Below the pieces are notes generated by a model, which searched no databases, was not told the DNA's origin, and saw only the letters and a list, made by a program, of their open reading frames with translations. Both the position numbers and the translations under genes were made by a program. Positions 1 through 9,356 of a DNA stretch of 25,540 bases are shown in pieces. Origin of the DNA: a virus (taxonomy: Duplodnaviria > Caudoviricetes); the IMG/VR virus record IMGVR_UViG_3300049926_000021, positions 1-25,540 of that record. The stretch is one strand, 5' to 3'. Position 1 is the first letter of the stretch. Each line of letters begins with the position of its first letter.

Positions 1-44
1 CGCCCCGCTGGGCGCTGTTGACATGGTGCATTGTGGTGCTCTCG

Positions 45-2645
45 TTATCTGGTTGGCCGTGGTTCGTTTGGCTGATCTTCGGCTCGGCCTATGCTTACTG
101 GCACTACCGAACTCACTGGAGCCTGCTCCCCGCCAACCCGCGCAAGCCCGCGATCGGCAGAGCGCAGCGAATTGAACAGTGTCTGATTACGGGCGATCGT
201 CTGGATGCCTCGCGTGATTGTCCTTGGATCATTCGAGACCAGCATTTCAGCGACCCGCCGGGACAATCGCTCATTGATTACGTTACGGCCGCGCGCCGCG
301 CCGTAGACGATCGCGGCGTTGACGACCGCTCCGGGGTCGGTGAATGGATTGATACCGCCACCGGAGAACCCGTAAGCGCCACCGGCAAGCCCAAGCTCGG
401 CCAGTTGTCGCGCCGTCGTTGAATTGCCCTGCACGGCGTTTCTGGCCAGATCCATGATGCCTTCCACGCGAAGGCCGCTTTCCAGTTCTTCGGCGCGCAA
501 ACGTCCCAAGGCTACATTCAGCTTTTCCCGGGCCGCGGGAGATTCCGCGATCTTGTTAAGGATCGACCGCCGATCCCCGGTTTGGTTCAGCGTCTCCACG
601 AAACGAGACACGAAACCATCCTGAAACAATTGCCGTTCCTGCGGCGTCATCTGGGCCAGAGCGCGGCGCGCCTCATTGGCCGTCATGTTCTTGCCGACGA
701 AGTTCTGACCCGCCTCAAGGGCGTTTTCAGCATCAAAGAAATGCGCGGCACCAGCGCGGGCCTGCTGATAGGATGGAACCGAACGGTCAAGTTCAGTCCG
801 CAGGCTACGCGCAAGATCGCCGAGTACCCCAGCCTCGCCGTTGCGCCCTGCACGCGCTGCGGCAGTGGCCGCGTCATCAATTTCGCGCTTGGTCGCATCC
901 CAGAACGCGAGGTTAGGGTATGTTGGGGCTCCATTCCGGCCGCGGGTGAATGTCACCACGCCGTTTTCGACCGTCACGCCCTGACGCATGGCGCCAAGAC
1001 CTTGCGTAATGGCACGGTCCTTGCCGCTGGTAGAAGCTCTCCGCATGGCTTCGACCACGGCAGGGCTGCCCATCAGCCGATCAAGCTCCGGCGACATGAT
1101 AGGCCGGTCACCCTGCTGCATTGCCCGCTTGTAATTGACATTGTTGACGCTCTTTGCGACCTTCTCAAGTGCCTCCTGCTGTGCTGCGGCGTCCGGGTAA
1201 TGAAACGTATTGCGCAGCCATCCGGTGACGCGGCCAGTTTGGCCCTCGAACCGATCATTGATGGTCCGGTTCATCACCGCGCGGCCCTCGGGCGAGGTAT
1301 TGGCCGCAGAACGAGCTAGCGCCCGCGTCGTCTCCCCGCCGATATCCATAATCGTGGCCGGCCCGCCACTCTGGACGCTGGCCGCGAATTCGTTCGGGTT
1401 CAGACGTCCCGTGGCTTGCGGGTCCATCGCCCTGTCACGTTCAAGCGCCGTCACCACCCGCCGAGCCGCTTCATCATCCACATTGCGGACGCCGCGGATG
1501 GCATTGGCAACCGGCTGGGCAATCGCCCGCGCCCCACGAACCACACCCTCAACCACCGCAGGAGCAGCGCCGCCAAGGAGGCCTCCGGCGCCCGCCCCCA
1601 CTGCGGCCCTCGAAAGGGTATCTACCGCGCCCTGCCCCTCGCCAGCTCCCGCCGCGCCGCCAAGGACAGCGCCCGTGCCGGCCCCCGCCGCCATGCGACC
1701 ACCCAGCGAAGCCGCACCAGCACCCGCCCCTACGGGCAGGATGACCGCTCCACCGATGTTACCCACGGTCGAGGCAATCGGATGTTGCTCCTCGGCCGTC
1801 TTGTTCAACTCCCGTTCGCGCTTGGTCGCCTCTTCGTATCGCTTCTTGGCCTCGGCATCCCCAGACCAGTATTTTAGAGCACCGGACAGCAGTTTCATCA
1901 GACTTGCCGGGTCGTCCGGATTTGCCCCTGAAGCTTCCACCAGCCCGCGGATTTCATCGCCGAAATTGGCCGTGAAGCCCTGCGCCACACCGCGGGCGGT
2001 CGCGTCAACCACCCCACGGTCAGGCTTGCCGCTCATGTCCATCACGAGGCGTTTTGGACCGCCTTCCTTGCCGGGCTCCAGAACTGGCGTGCTGGTACCG
2101 GTCTGCTCTGGAGCGGCTTCATCAAAACGATCGAAGAAGTTCTTCGCTTCCGGTTTGGCAGCGCTCACCTTGGGCGTATCGGCGAACGCCATGGCCTGCG
2201 GGGCTTCCGGCGCGAACTTATCCACAGCCGCTATGGCATCCGTTCCCAGCGCCTTGTTAAAGCGCCGGCTGTACTCATCAACTGTTGTCCCAAAGGCGTC
2301 CTTGGCGTTGGGGTTTTTCATGCCCTTTTCGCCGGCAAACCATGCCCGGGCAGCCCCATCAGGACCGTATTTGTCTACATAGGAGCCGAACTTGCCGTTG
2401 AAGATGGCGTCCTGTATTTCAGGGTTCTGGATAAACTCTTGCGGCGTCACCTCTCGGCCGATCACTTCCTTTGACCACGGCCCGACGTTCGCGCTCATGA
2501 CCTGATATTTGCCGAGCGCACGGCCCATCTCGCCCGTGTTCGGCCCGACTGCACGATAGTTACCGCCGCTCTCGACCTTTGAGATAGCATCCGCATACGG
2601 CGAGGCCGCTGGGGTACTATCGAATTGATCGAAAAAGTTCGGCAC
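45..2645 (-). CDS. Large DNA ejection (pilot) protein with N-terminal lytic transglycosylase/lysozyme-like domain (P22 gp16/gp20-like position)
   Basis: 866 aa. The N-terminus AISKVESGGNY...ALGKYQVM...AARAWFAG resembles SLT/lysozyme-superfamily motifs (catalytic Glu-Ser, G-x-x-Q). Gly/Ala-rich hydrophobic middle. Third of three ejection-type genes after the gp10 homologue. Confidence 0.75.
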   Translation of the reverse strand: MPNFFDQFDSTPAASPYADAISKVESGGNYRAVGPNTGEMGRALGKYQVMSANVGPWSKEVIGREVTPQEFIQNPEIQDAIFNGKFGSYVDKYGPDGAARAWFAGEKGMKNPNAKDAFGTTVDEYSRRFNKALGTDAIAAVDKFAPEAPQAMAFADTPKVSAAKPEAKNFFDRFDEAAPEQTGTSTPVLEPGKEGGPKRLVMDMSGKPDRGVVDATARGVAQGFTANFGDEIRGLVEASGANPDDPASLMKLLSGALKYWSGDAEAKKRYEEATKRERELNKTAEEQHPIASTVGNIGGAVILPVGAGAGAASLGGRMAAGAGTGAVLGGAAGAGEGQGAVDTLSRAAVGAGAGGLLGGAAPAVVEGVVRGARAIAQPVANAIRGVRNVDDEAARRVVTALERDRAMDPQATGRLNPNEFAASVQSGGPATIMDIGGETTRALARSAANTSPEGRAVMNRTINDRFEGQTGRVTGWLRNTFHYPDAAAQQEALEKVAKSVNNVNYKRAMQQGDRPIMSPELDRLMGSPAVVEAMRRASTSGKDRAITQGLGAMRQGVTVENGVVTFTRGRNGAPTYPNLAFWDATKREIDDAATAAARAGRNGEAGVLGDLARSLRTELDRSVPSYQQARAGAAHFFDAENALEAGQNFVGKNMTANEARRALAQMTPQERQLFQDGFVSRFVETLNQTGDRRSILNKIAESPAAREKLNVALGRLRAEELESGLRVEGIMDLARNAVQGNSTTARQLAELGLAGGAYGFSGGGINPFTDPGAVVNAAIVYGAARGRNVINERLSRRVAEMLVSNDPRTITRGIQTIARNQTLFNSLRSADRGLARVGGEQAPVSSVVPVSIGRAEDQPNEPRPTR

Positions 2646-3787
2646 TATTCTTCCTCACCGCCGCCGAGGGCTGCCTTCGCAGAACCCTTGCCGTACTTTG
2701 CTTCGAACTGCGCAGCCAGGCGCGGATCCTTCTTCAGGGCAGCGATAGCACCGGCCGGTGCGGCAACCGCTACTGCAGGCTTGGTAGCAGTTGCTACACT
2801 GGCCTTCGGCGCATACGGAGTAATCGTTCCGTCCTCGCCGAATGTGAACTTTGGCCGGTAAGATTGACCACCTTCACGGCCCATTGCCTCAAGCGCAGCG
2901 CGGCGGTTTGCAGCTTTCTGCTTGATCAGCTCAGGAGGATCGCCCGGTACTGGGAAATATTGCTTGTCAGCATTGGAAAACTCAGATGCCGCAATAGCCG
3001 CACCGGATTCTCGGCGAAGCTGAGCGTTGATGAAGTCCGCTTTCGCCTGATCATATTTCTGTCGATCAGTGCTGATCGCATAATTTGCGAACTTGCCGAC
3101 AACCGGAGCTTCACGCGCATTGCTCAACTGGGTCTGTCGCCAATCCGTACCCGCACCCTGAACACCAGGAACGGGCGGGCCTTCCTGACCGGGTGCCGGC
3201 GCTATACCCGACAGGATGCCTTCGGACTGCAGCATACGATCAGTGAAGCCGGCGGCCTTGCCTTGGTCAGCATTGAACTTGCCTGCACCGAATGGATTGT
3301 TCACAGTCGATGCCATAGGCGCGCCTGTGTTTATCACGCCTTCCGGTCCATCCGTATTCACCCGAACAAACGTCTTCACTCCCGTGTTGGGATCTTCCTG
3401 CTCCTTGATTATGAACTTGTCCTTGTTGAATGTGCGGTCAGCGTTACGTTGTGCCCGATCGGATTCTGTTTGCCGGAAGCCGAAGTCTCGGGCATCACGC
3501 TGCGTCGCTTGCGCCTTCTCTGCCGCGGTCTGCGCCAACGTCAGGAACTTCAGCGCGCCTTCCTGATCGCCGACCGAGCCGAGCTTTTGTGCTACCGTCA
3601 GCGCCTGCTTGCCGTACTCGGGCGAACTGGGGTCCAGTGCAGTGAAATCGGAAAACGCTCCCTTTCGTGCTTCAAAAATAGTCTTTTGCTGCCTCTCTTT
3701 TTGAGATGCCTTGATCGTGTCACCGAGGCCAGACAGCATGCCGTAAAAATCAACCGCGGGTGGTCCTGTGAAGCCGGCATCCGCCAT
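2645..3787 (-). CDS. Putative DNA ejection/injection protein (P22 gp20-like position)
   Basis: 380 aa, helical and Ala/Gln/Gly-rich, with a FINAQLRRESGAAI motif. Its stop overlaps the next ATG at 2645. Assignment is by synteny. Confidence 0.6.
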   Translation of the reverse strand: MADAGFTGPPAVDFYGMLSGLGDTIKASQKERQQKTIFEARKGAFSDFTALDPSSPEYGKQALTVAQKLGSVGDQEGALKFLTLAQTAAEKAQATQRDARDFGFRQTESDRAQRNADRTFNKDKFIIKEQEDPNTGVKTFVRVNTDGPEGVINTGAPMASTVNNPFGAGKFNADQGKAAGFTDRMLQSEGILSGIAPAPGQEGPPVPGVQGAGTDWRQTQLSNAREAPVVGKFANYAISTDRQKYDQAKADFINAQLRRESGAAIAASEFSNADKQYFPVPGDPPELIKQKAANRRAALEAMGREGGQSYRPKFTFGEDGTITPYAPKASVATATKPAVAVAAPAGAIAALKKDPRLAAQFEAKYGKGSAKAALGGGEEE

Positions 3788-3797
3788 TTACAAGCCC

Positions 3798-4454
3798 CTA
3801 GATAAAGGACGCGGCAAGCTTGCCCGCACCCGCCAACGCCCCCCAGAAGTTCTGAGATGCGCTGTAAGGAGCGAGATCAGCTTGAGCCTGCGCATTGCCG
3901 ATTGCGGTATTGCCGCCATATTGGACGCCAGCTTTCTGGCTGGCGACGCCGAGATTGGCCCCCGCCTGCGTACCGAGCACGTTTGCGCCGCCCGTCGTGG
4001 CGGTTGTAGCACCAGCGAGGTTTGGCATCAGGGACGATAGGAAATTTCCGTACTTGGTAGAATCATAATCCGAAGCAAACTTCAGTGTGTCAGCGCTGGT
4101 ATTGCCGCCCCCAAGATCACCGCGCGCAGCAGCACGCCGCTCCAGGTCGTTGATCCCCATGTCCCGGCCGGCGCTGTAGCCAGGCAATGATCGGTAGATG
4201 TCAGCGGCCTTGGTCGCAGCATCCGCCCCGTTGACGCCCGTGGCATCGTTGTACAGATCCTGCCCTTTGCCGAACTTCGCCCCGAGCTGGCTGAAATCGC
4301 CATAAGCCTGCCCATAAAGAGGGTTTGCCGTCGCCAAGCCGGTATCGAGCGCACTGTTCGCGCCTGTGATTCCCGCATTGATGCCGGCGATCTTGTCCTT
4401 TGCAGCCTGATCGGCGGCATCGGTACTGAAAAGATCGGTAAACAGATTGCCCAT
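3798..4454 (-). CDS. Putative DNA transfer/ejection protein (P22 gp7-like)
   Basis: 218 aa, Gly/Ala-rich, with LPGY...ERRAAARG.LGGG typical of gp7-like proteins. First ejection gene in P22-like order. Confidence 0.7.
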   Translation of the reverse strand: MGNLFTDLFSTDAADQAAKDKIAGINAGITGANSALDTGLATANPLYGQAYGDFSQLGAKFGKGQDLYNDATGVNGADAATKAADIYRSLPGYSAGRDMGINDLERRAAARGDLGGGNTSADTLKFASDYDSTKYGNFLSSLMPNLAGATTATTGGANVLGTQAGANLGVASQKAGVQYGGNTAIGNAQAQADLAPYSASQNFWGALAGAGKLAASFI

Positions 4455-4657
4455 CAGTTGGCTCCGGGGATGAATTTGCCAGACGCGCTATTCCAGATCA
4501 TCACCTGCCCGTTAGCCGGCGCCGTCGTCGAAATGTCTGCAAGATCGAGCAGCCCCAAACGCTCCAGGCTTTTGATGATGTCGTAGTAGTCTGCCGTCCA
4601 TCTGCCCGTTTGCGGATCGATCGGGGCAACGTCAATCGGTGGAATCTGTATGCGCAT
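4454..4657 (-). CDS. Small tail protein in tail-needle/plug (gp26) position
   Basis: 67 aa, coupled by TGATG overlaps to both neighbours, and lying between the gp10-like and gp7-like genes. Confidence 0.55.
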   Translation of the reverse strand: MRIQIPPIDVAPIDPQTGRWTADYYDIIKSLERLGLLDLADISTTAPANGQVMIWNSASGKFIPGAN

Positions 4658-6078
4658 CAGACAGCCCTCGGATCATCGCTCATCGTGGCAAACAGAAACG
4701 ACGCATAGACACCGCTCGAAACATCAAGCCGCCAGCGGCGCCCCTGCCAGCTTGCACGGCCTGTACACGACACCAGCGAGATCAATTGCCGCGGCTCGGA
4801 CTGACGACCAAGCTTTCGGACGATCGGATTGGACCATGAGAAACCACCATCATCGCTCCAGGATATTTCCACATCGGGATCGGTCTGGTCCGGATCATGC
4901 CCCGTCGCGATACCTACGCCTGTCGTGAAGTAGAAATCCGCCCGTCCAACCACCATTCCGCCGGGAAAGTTCATCACCGGACCGCTTTCAATGCGAAGCC
5001 GGAGCGGACTTCCCACTTCATCATTTGCGGTTGATGTGATCTGCTGAATGTTCCCGCCGGCCGTGTCGCCTGTCAGCCATTTATTGAATGCATTGATTGC
5101 ACCCGCCCGTCGTGACCTTGTTCCGAGATAGCTGTTTCCCTCTGACCATTGACTGGTCGAGGTGTCCAGAACCCAGGTCCAAGCCGGGCAGGACAATTGA
5201 AAGAATGCGTGTCCGCGCGACATGAAGCACGTTGCTTCCAGCGTCGTTTTATCGGCGACCGCTTCAATCAACCCGTCAATATCCGGCGTTGAAACCGCAA
5301 CGGGAGAGTAGCCGTCCAGCCGATAGACCTTGTTGTCGTCGCTAACGAAGATCGGCCCGCGCGAGAAGCCATCCTCATATCCACTGACACAATACGGGCC
5401 GAGCAATCCGCGCGGAACAACCGTTGATCGAGCAAAGGGGAATGGCGTAGTCCCAGCGTTGGTCCATATTTCCGTGCTCTGGGTGCCAAAGAATAGCACT
5501 CGGCCGCCCCATACGACGGGGCGGACTAGCCCATCCGGCTTTGACTCTGCTTTACCGAATGAAAGCGCGTTGACGTTGGTCGAGTTCAGATCAGTTGCAA
5601 ATGCCCTTCCGTCGCCCGTCGTAAATATACCGTAGCCATCCAGAAAGTCTGTGCCGTTCACCGCCGGAAGATCGGGATCAGGCCAGGCATTCGTCACTGT
5701 CGTAGGCGTGAAGACCGCAATATTACCATCAGGATCGACAAACCATTTGTCGGGCGTAGTGTTGTTGTTGGCAGCAAAAAACCCGCGTTTCGTGCCGTTG
5801 AGGTTTCCGACGTTTACCGAGGCTCCGCCGGCCGATGTCCATTTTTCAAGTTTGCCACTGAAACCCGAGTATAGAACGCCGTTGACCATGATCGAGCCGC
5901 GATAACCTGTCTGCCCTGACGTCCCGAAATTCACCAGCCCCGGAACACGGCGAATGACCGTCTTGTTCGGCGCCTGATCTCCCAGTTCCTCAACATAGCC
6001 GTTGATGATCCGGCCACCACCTTCTTGTTGCTTTGCGCCCGGAGCGGTCTGGACCGGAAACGGGATCTTGGCCTTCAA
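4657..6078 (-). CDS. Tail hub / packaged-DNA stabilisation protein (P22 gp10-like)
   Basis: 473 aa (P22 gp10 is about the same size). Beta-propeller-like composition, with AESKPDGLV, FGTQSTEIW and SWSDDGGFSWS motifs. Follows the gp4-like gene. Confidence 0.85.
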   Translation of the reverse strand: MKAKIPFPVQTAPGAKQQEGGGRIINGYVEELGDQAPNKTVIRRVPGLVNFGTSGQTGYRGSIMVNGVLYSGFSGKLEKWTSAGGASVNVGNLNGTKRGFFAANNNTTPDKWFVDPDGNIAVFTPTTVTNAWPDPDLPAVNGTDFLDGYGIFTTGDGRAFATDLNSTNVNALSFGKAESKPDGLVRPVVWGGRVLFFGTQSTEIWTNAGTTPFPFARSTVVPRGLLGPYCVSGYEDGFSRGPIFVSDDNKVYRLDGYSPVAVSTPDIDGLIEAVADKTTLEATCFMSRGHAFFQLSCPAWTWVLDTSTSQWSEGNSYLGTRSRRAGAINAFNKWLTGDTAGGNIQQITSTANDEVGSPLRLRIESGPVMNFPGGMVVGRADFYFTTGVGIATGHDPDQTDPDVEISWSDDGGFSWSNPIVRKLGRQSEPRQLISLVSCTGRASWQGRRWRLDVSSGVYASFLFATMSDDPRAV

Positions 6079-6482
6079 ATGCCGCCCCGATAAATGCCGC
6101 GATACGGCGACTGAAGGGCCGGATCAATTCGAAGAACACGAAGTGTCCGGGCCGGAGCAGAAAGCGTCCGCAGCGTATCCTCGGCAATCATGGACAGGGC
6201 GATCATCTTCTGATCTGCAGGCAGGTTGAACCCGGAACACGCCTTGTTGGCGATCCAGTCGGCCAGAGGAAGATAGGCCTCGTCCTCGATCGCGCCGTCT
6301 GAGGGCCCAAGACTTCCGGCATCCTGGACATAGTAGATCTGGAGCTTCGCGAGCAATGCGACGGCCGGATCAATGAACCCGTCCATCTTCTCCACTTCGT
6401 CAGCCTCAACTGATTGGCCCTGCGCGATCACGCCAAGGCTGATCAGGCACTGGTTGATCAGTTCAGCCCGCGTTTTGGACAT
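6075..6482 (-). CDS. Head-to-tail adaptor (P22 gp4-like)
   Basis: 135 aa, with N-terminal KTRAELINQCLISLGV typical of gp4-like adaptors. Lies immediately upstream of the gp10-like gene. Confidence 0.7.
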   Translation of the reverse strand: MSKTRAELINQCLISLGVIAQGQSVEADEVEKMDGFIDPAVALLAKLQIYYVQDAGSLGPSDGAIEDEAYLPLADWIANKACSGFNLPADQKMIALSMIAEDTLRTLSAPARTLRVLRIDPALQSPYRGIYRGGI

Positions 6483-6630
6483 TGGCTTCTTCCGCTGCCT
6501 TCAGGGCTTCCACCATCCGTTCGCGGATTTCAGCCCGCGTCAGGTCATGGGCCTTGATCGTGGCGTCATCCCAGCCCCGGGCCTTCAGATAGGCATAGGT
6601 TGCGGCGTCGATCTGCTTGTCTGTCGCCAT
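6463..6630 (-). CDS. Hypothetical 55-aa protein (not in ORF track)
   Basis: Translated by hand: MATDKQIDAATYAYLKARGWDDATIKAHDLTRAEIRERMVEALKAAEEANVQNAG. GAGGTG RBS upstream. Fills the gap between the terminator and gp4. Confidence 0.7.
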   Translation of the reverse strand: MATDKQIDAATYAYLKARGWDDATIKAHDLTRAEIRERMVEALKAAEEANVQNAG

Positions 6631-6641
6631 GTTCACCTCAC

Positions 6642-6669
6642 AAAAAAAGACGGCCCGAAGGCCGCCTCT
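6642..6669 (-). terminator. Intrinsic terminator
   Basis: Minus strand GAGGCGGCC-TTCG-GGCCGTCTT followed by a T-run; C(UUCG)G tetraloop. Confidence 0.85.
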
Positions 6670-6687
6670 CTGTTGATTGAAGTCGGC

Positions 6688-7071
6688 TTAAACCGCCGGC
6701 TGCATGTGGTCGGCCCGGTATTTCTCGGCCGCGGCCTTGTCGTCCGCCGCTTTCTTGTCAGCAGCGTCCTTCTCAGCCTTGAGCTGTTCAGCCGTCTTGA
6801 CCACCGGCTTGTCGAACACGGACGAAGGCGCATCCGAGTTGGTGGTCTTGGTCGGGGTCTTTGCTGCCGGGGTATTCGCCAGCACAGCCTTGCCCACGGC
6901 CTCGGGGTTTTCCCGCAGCACGGTCGCGAGGTCAGAAAGCTTGACCTTGCTGCCAGCGCAGCCCTCGATGCGATTGGCGATTGCCAGCATCAGGGCCGCT
7001 ACCGACCCCTCCGGGGAATCCAGCGGTTCAACTTCATTCACGAGATCGTCGTGCAGTTTGGAATTTGCCAT
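6688..7071 (-). CDS. Hypothetical 127-aa protein downstream of coat gene (possible head accessory protein)
   Basis: Start reassigned to MANSKLHDD (ATG at 7071, GGAGAG RBS). The longer track ORF overlaps the coat gene. Lys/Ala-rich C-terminus. Confidence 0.65.
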   Translation of the reverse strand: MANSKLHDDLVNEVEPLDSPEGSVAALMLAIANRIEGCAGSKVKLSDLATVLRENPEAVGKAVLANTPAAKTPTKTTNSDAPSSVFDKPVVKTAEQLKAEKDAADKKAADDKAAAEKYRADHMQPAV

Positions 7072-7102
7072 TTCAACTCTCCAAAAAGGTTTACTGCCCC
7101 AT

Positions 7103-7131
7103 AAAGGAAACAGTGAGCCGTAGCTCACTGC
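7103..7131 (-). terminator. Intrinsic terminator / stabilising hairpin after coat gene
   Basis: Minus strand CAGTGAGC-TACG-GCTCACTG then TTTCCTTT; UNCG tetraloop. Confidence 0.7.
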
Positions 7132-7154
7132 TAACGTTTGCGATGATGCTAAGG

Positions 7155-8408
7155 TTACGCTGAACCGGTGACGCGAACGGCAAGACGACGATCGATCGTC
7201 TTGGTGCCGAAGATGCAATCAAGACGCCACTGGCTGACGTCGTTCACGCCGTCGTAGAACGGGATGACACGAACCGAGATGCCATTCTTGCTCTGACGCG
7301 AGCAATCGACCGCACCAGGCGGACGTACCATCGGCACCATGCACAGCGCGAACGCATTCCTGTCGAAATACAGGTTGTTCGTGATGTTCAGGTTTGCCGC
7401 AGCACCCAGGTTGAACGTCAGTGCAGCGCTGTCGGCTGGAACCGCCGAAACCGTCTGGAACGCGCCCGAGGTGATGATCTGGGGAGCGATCGTCAGCGTA
7501 GCGAGACCAGCGCCATCCGACGAAGCATTCGACACGACGACGAACTGCTTGAGGATGGGCAGGGTTGCCTTCGTAACCGGGTTGACGTCAAACACGTTCG
7601 CAATAGTGAACGTGTCGCCAGCCACCACACGCGCCGCAGCCGCCGCGGTCCAGCCCTTGGTGAGGAAGGTCTGGGTATTGGCGCCGGTGAGGTCATAGGT
7701 CGTACCCTGCGCACCACCGTTGACCAGCGGAGCACCGCCACCCGGGCCCGTGGTGAAGGTCGGCGCATTCTGCGACATGAACGTTTCGATGCCGCCGATC
7801 TTGCCGATCTGCCCCTCACGATAGGACTTGTTGTTGATCTGCTGGGAGAATAGCGCGGTCTGCGAACCGGCGAGTGCCCAGAAATCGGCAGGCGAGAGAA
7901 TAGCGGAACGGCCACCCTGGGGCACCGTGCGCTGGTCCATATTCTGCGCACCCTTTGCAAAGTCCGCAAAGGATTTGATTGTAAACGCAGCCGTTGGGGT
8001 AGCGGAGCCGGCCCATTGCGGGATGTCCTTGTACAGAGACATCACCTGGACGTCGATCTGGTTAGCGACCTGAACCATCGCCGGCCGAATGACGCGCTCG
8101 GAAAGCTCGCCGATGTTCAACGTGAGCTGCTGGGACGTGAACTTGAAGTCCACACCGGCAACCTGGTTGATGACCAGCGAGAGTTTCGCTTCAGAGACGT
8201 CCTGTGCCGACGAGGTAATGGTATTACGAACCGTGAAGTCGGTCGGCTTCTTGATGGTGATCGTATCACCAACGGTATAGCCGTTGATCTTCTTGTCGAA
8301 CTCGTCTTCATAGCCGCGGAACACCGCGCCTGCCATGACGAGTTCGTTTTCGAGAATGCCAACCGCCGCTTTCGCGATGATGCTGGCCGAGAGGGTAGTG
8401 TTAGCCAT
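7155..8408 (-). CDS. Major capsid protein (P22 coat gp5 family)
   Basis: 417 aa, with GDTITIKKP, VVAGDTFTIANV and ISVRV...WRLDCIFG motifs characteristic of P22-type coat proteins. Follows the scaffold gene. Confidence 0.92.
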   Translation of the reverse strand: MANTTLSASIIAKAAVGILENELVMAGAVFRGYEDEFDKKINGYTVGDTITIKKPTDFTVRNTITSSAQDVSEAKLSLVINQVAGVDFKFTSQQLTLNIGELSERVIRPAMVQVANQIDVQVMSLYKDIPQWAGSATPTAAFTIKSFADFAKGAQNMDQRTVPQGGRSAILSPADFWALAGSQTALFSQQINNKSYREGQIGKIGGIETFMSQNAPTFTTGPGGGAPLVNGGAQGTTYDLTGANTQTFLTKGWTAAAAARVVAGDTFTIANVFDVNPVTKATLPILKQFVVVSNASSDGAGLATLTIAPQIITSGAFQTVSAVPADSAALTFNLGAAANLNITNNLYFDRNAFALCMVPMVRPPGAVDCSRQSKNGISVRVIPFYDGVNDVSQWRLDCIFGTKTIDRRLAVRVTGSA

Positions 8409-8448
8409 TGGAACCTATTCCTTTGCGGAAAAAGGCTCCCAACCGCCG

Positions 8449-9309
8449 CTAATGCGCGCGGTCTCCGTATGTCTTCTTGAGATACGCCGCGAGTTCAGCG
8501 TCCTGGCTGGGTGGAGCGGCGCCGCCTTTCGGGCGTGACATGGGAGCGGGAGCGGATGTTTGCTTTTTCGCTTCCGGCATCTTCACAGTGGCTTCCAGCC
8601 GTCCCATTTCCCGGGCCAGCTCACGTCCGCTCATGCTGTTGAGTGCTTCGAGCTTCGATGGATTCTTCGCGAGGTGATAGGCAATCAACGCCGACTTGTC
8701 GGACGCCATGATCTCTTCGATCACTTCGGTCCGCGCCTGTACGCCGTCCATTCCCTTCATGGCCTGATCGAAGTCCGCGATTACCTCGCGTGCGTCCTCG
8801 ACCCGTTCAGCGTGCGCTATGGCCCGCTCACGAACGATTTCCTTCTGTTTCGACTCGCGTTCAGAGGTTTCGCGGGTTTCGCGATCCTTGCGCAGTTCAT
8901 CCCGGATCGCCTGCCTGGCTTCGTAAGCCGACTTGGCAGTCTGGTATGAGAACCAATCCCCGTTGAAGTCTTCCTCTTTCGGCGCCTTCTCCTCGCTATC
9001 GCTGGCCTTTGCGGCCGGCGTCTTGGCTCGGAGTTCTTCCAGCTCGCGTTCGCGCACGCTAAGCTCGTCCCGCAGACGCTGTTCACGGATTTTGGCCCGT
9101 TGCGCGCCGCTGAGCTTCTTCTTCTCGGTTTCCGCCTCTTCCTCGGCAGTCTTTTCCGCCGCGGCCTTGGCTTTGCCCTCTTCGTCTTCGTTTTCCTCGG
9201 CCTCTACCGGAGCATCGAGGTCCACAATGCCATCATTGACCGGCGTTGCGGGGGCTTCAGTGGGAGCCAGCGTTTCCGCCGTCTGTTCGTCTGCCATTAT
9301 AGTGCTCAC
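8449..9309 (-). CDS. Capsid scaffolding protein (P22 gp8-like)
   Basis: 286 aa, highly charged and helical, with APKEEDF and IAYHLAKNP motifs. Lies between portal and coat. The start may be ATG at 9297. Confidence 0.85.
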   Translation of the reverse strand: MSTIMADEQTAETLAPTEAPATPVNDGIVDLDAPVEAEENEDEEGKAKAAAEKTAEEEAETEKKKLSGAQRAKIREQRLRDELSVRERELEELRAKTPAAKASDSEEKAPKEEDFNGDWFSYQTAKSAYEARQAIRDELRKDRETRETSERESKQKEIVRERAIAHAERVEDAREVIADFDQAMKGMDGVQARTEVIEEIMASDKSALIAYHLAKNPSKLEALNSMSGRELAREMGRLEATVKMPEAKKQTSAPAPMSRPKGGAAPPSQDAELAAYLKKTYGDRAH

Positions 9310-9310
9310 G

Positions 9311-9332
9311 AAAAAACCGCCCGAAGGCGGTT
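9311..9332 (-). terminator. Intrinsic terminator between portal and scaffold
   Basis: Minus strand AACCGCC-TTCG-GGCGGTT-TTTT. Confidence 0.8.
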
Positions 9333-9356
9333 GGTAACCAGCGTCTAGCGCCGGAA

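Noticed and set aside
1-24. Possible minus-strand gene start (MSTAPSGA)
   Set aside because: Only 8 codons are visible at the window edge.
9295-9301. TATAAT upstream of the scaffold ATG as a -10 element
   Set aside because: It overlaps the ATG at 9297 itself, leaving no room for a TSS before that start, and no -35 is evident.
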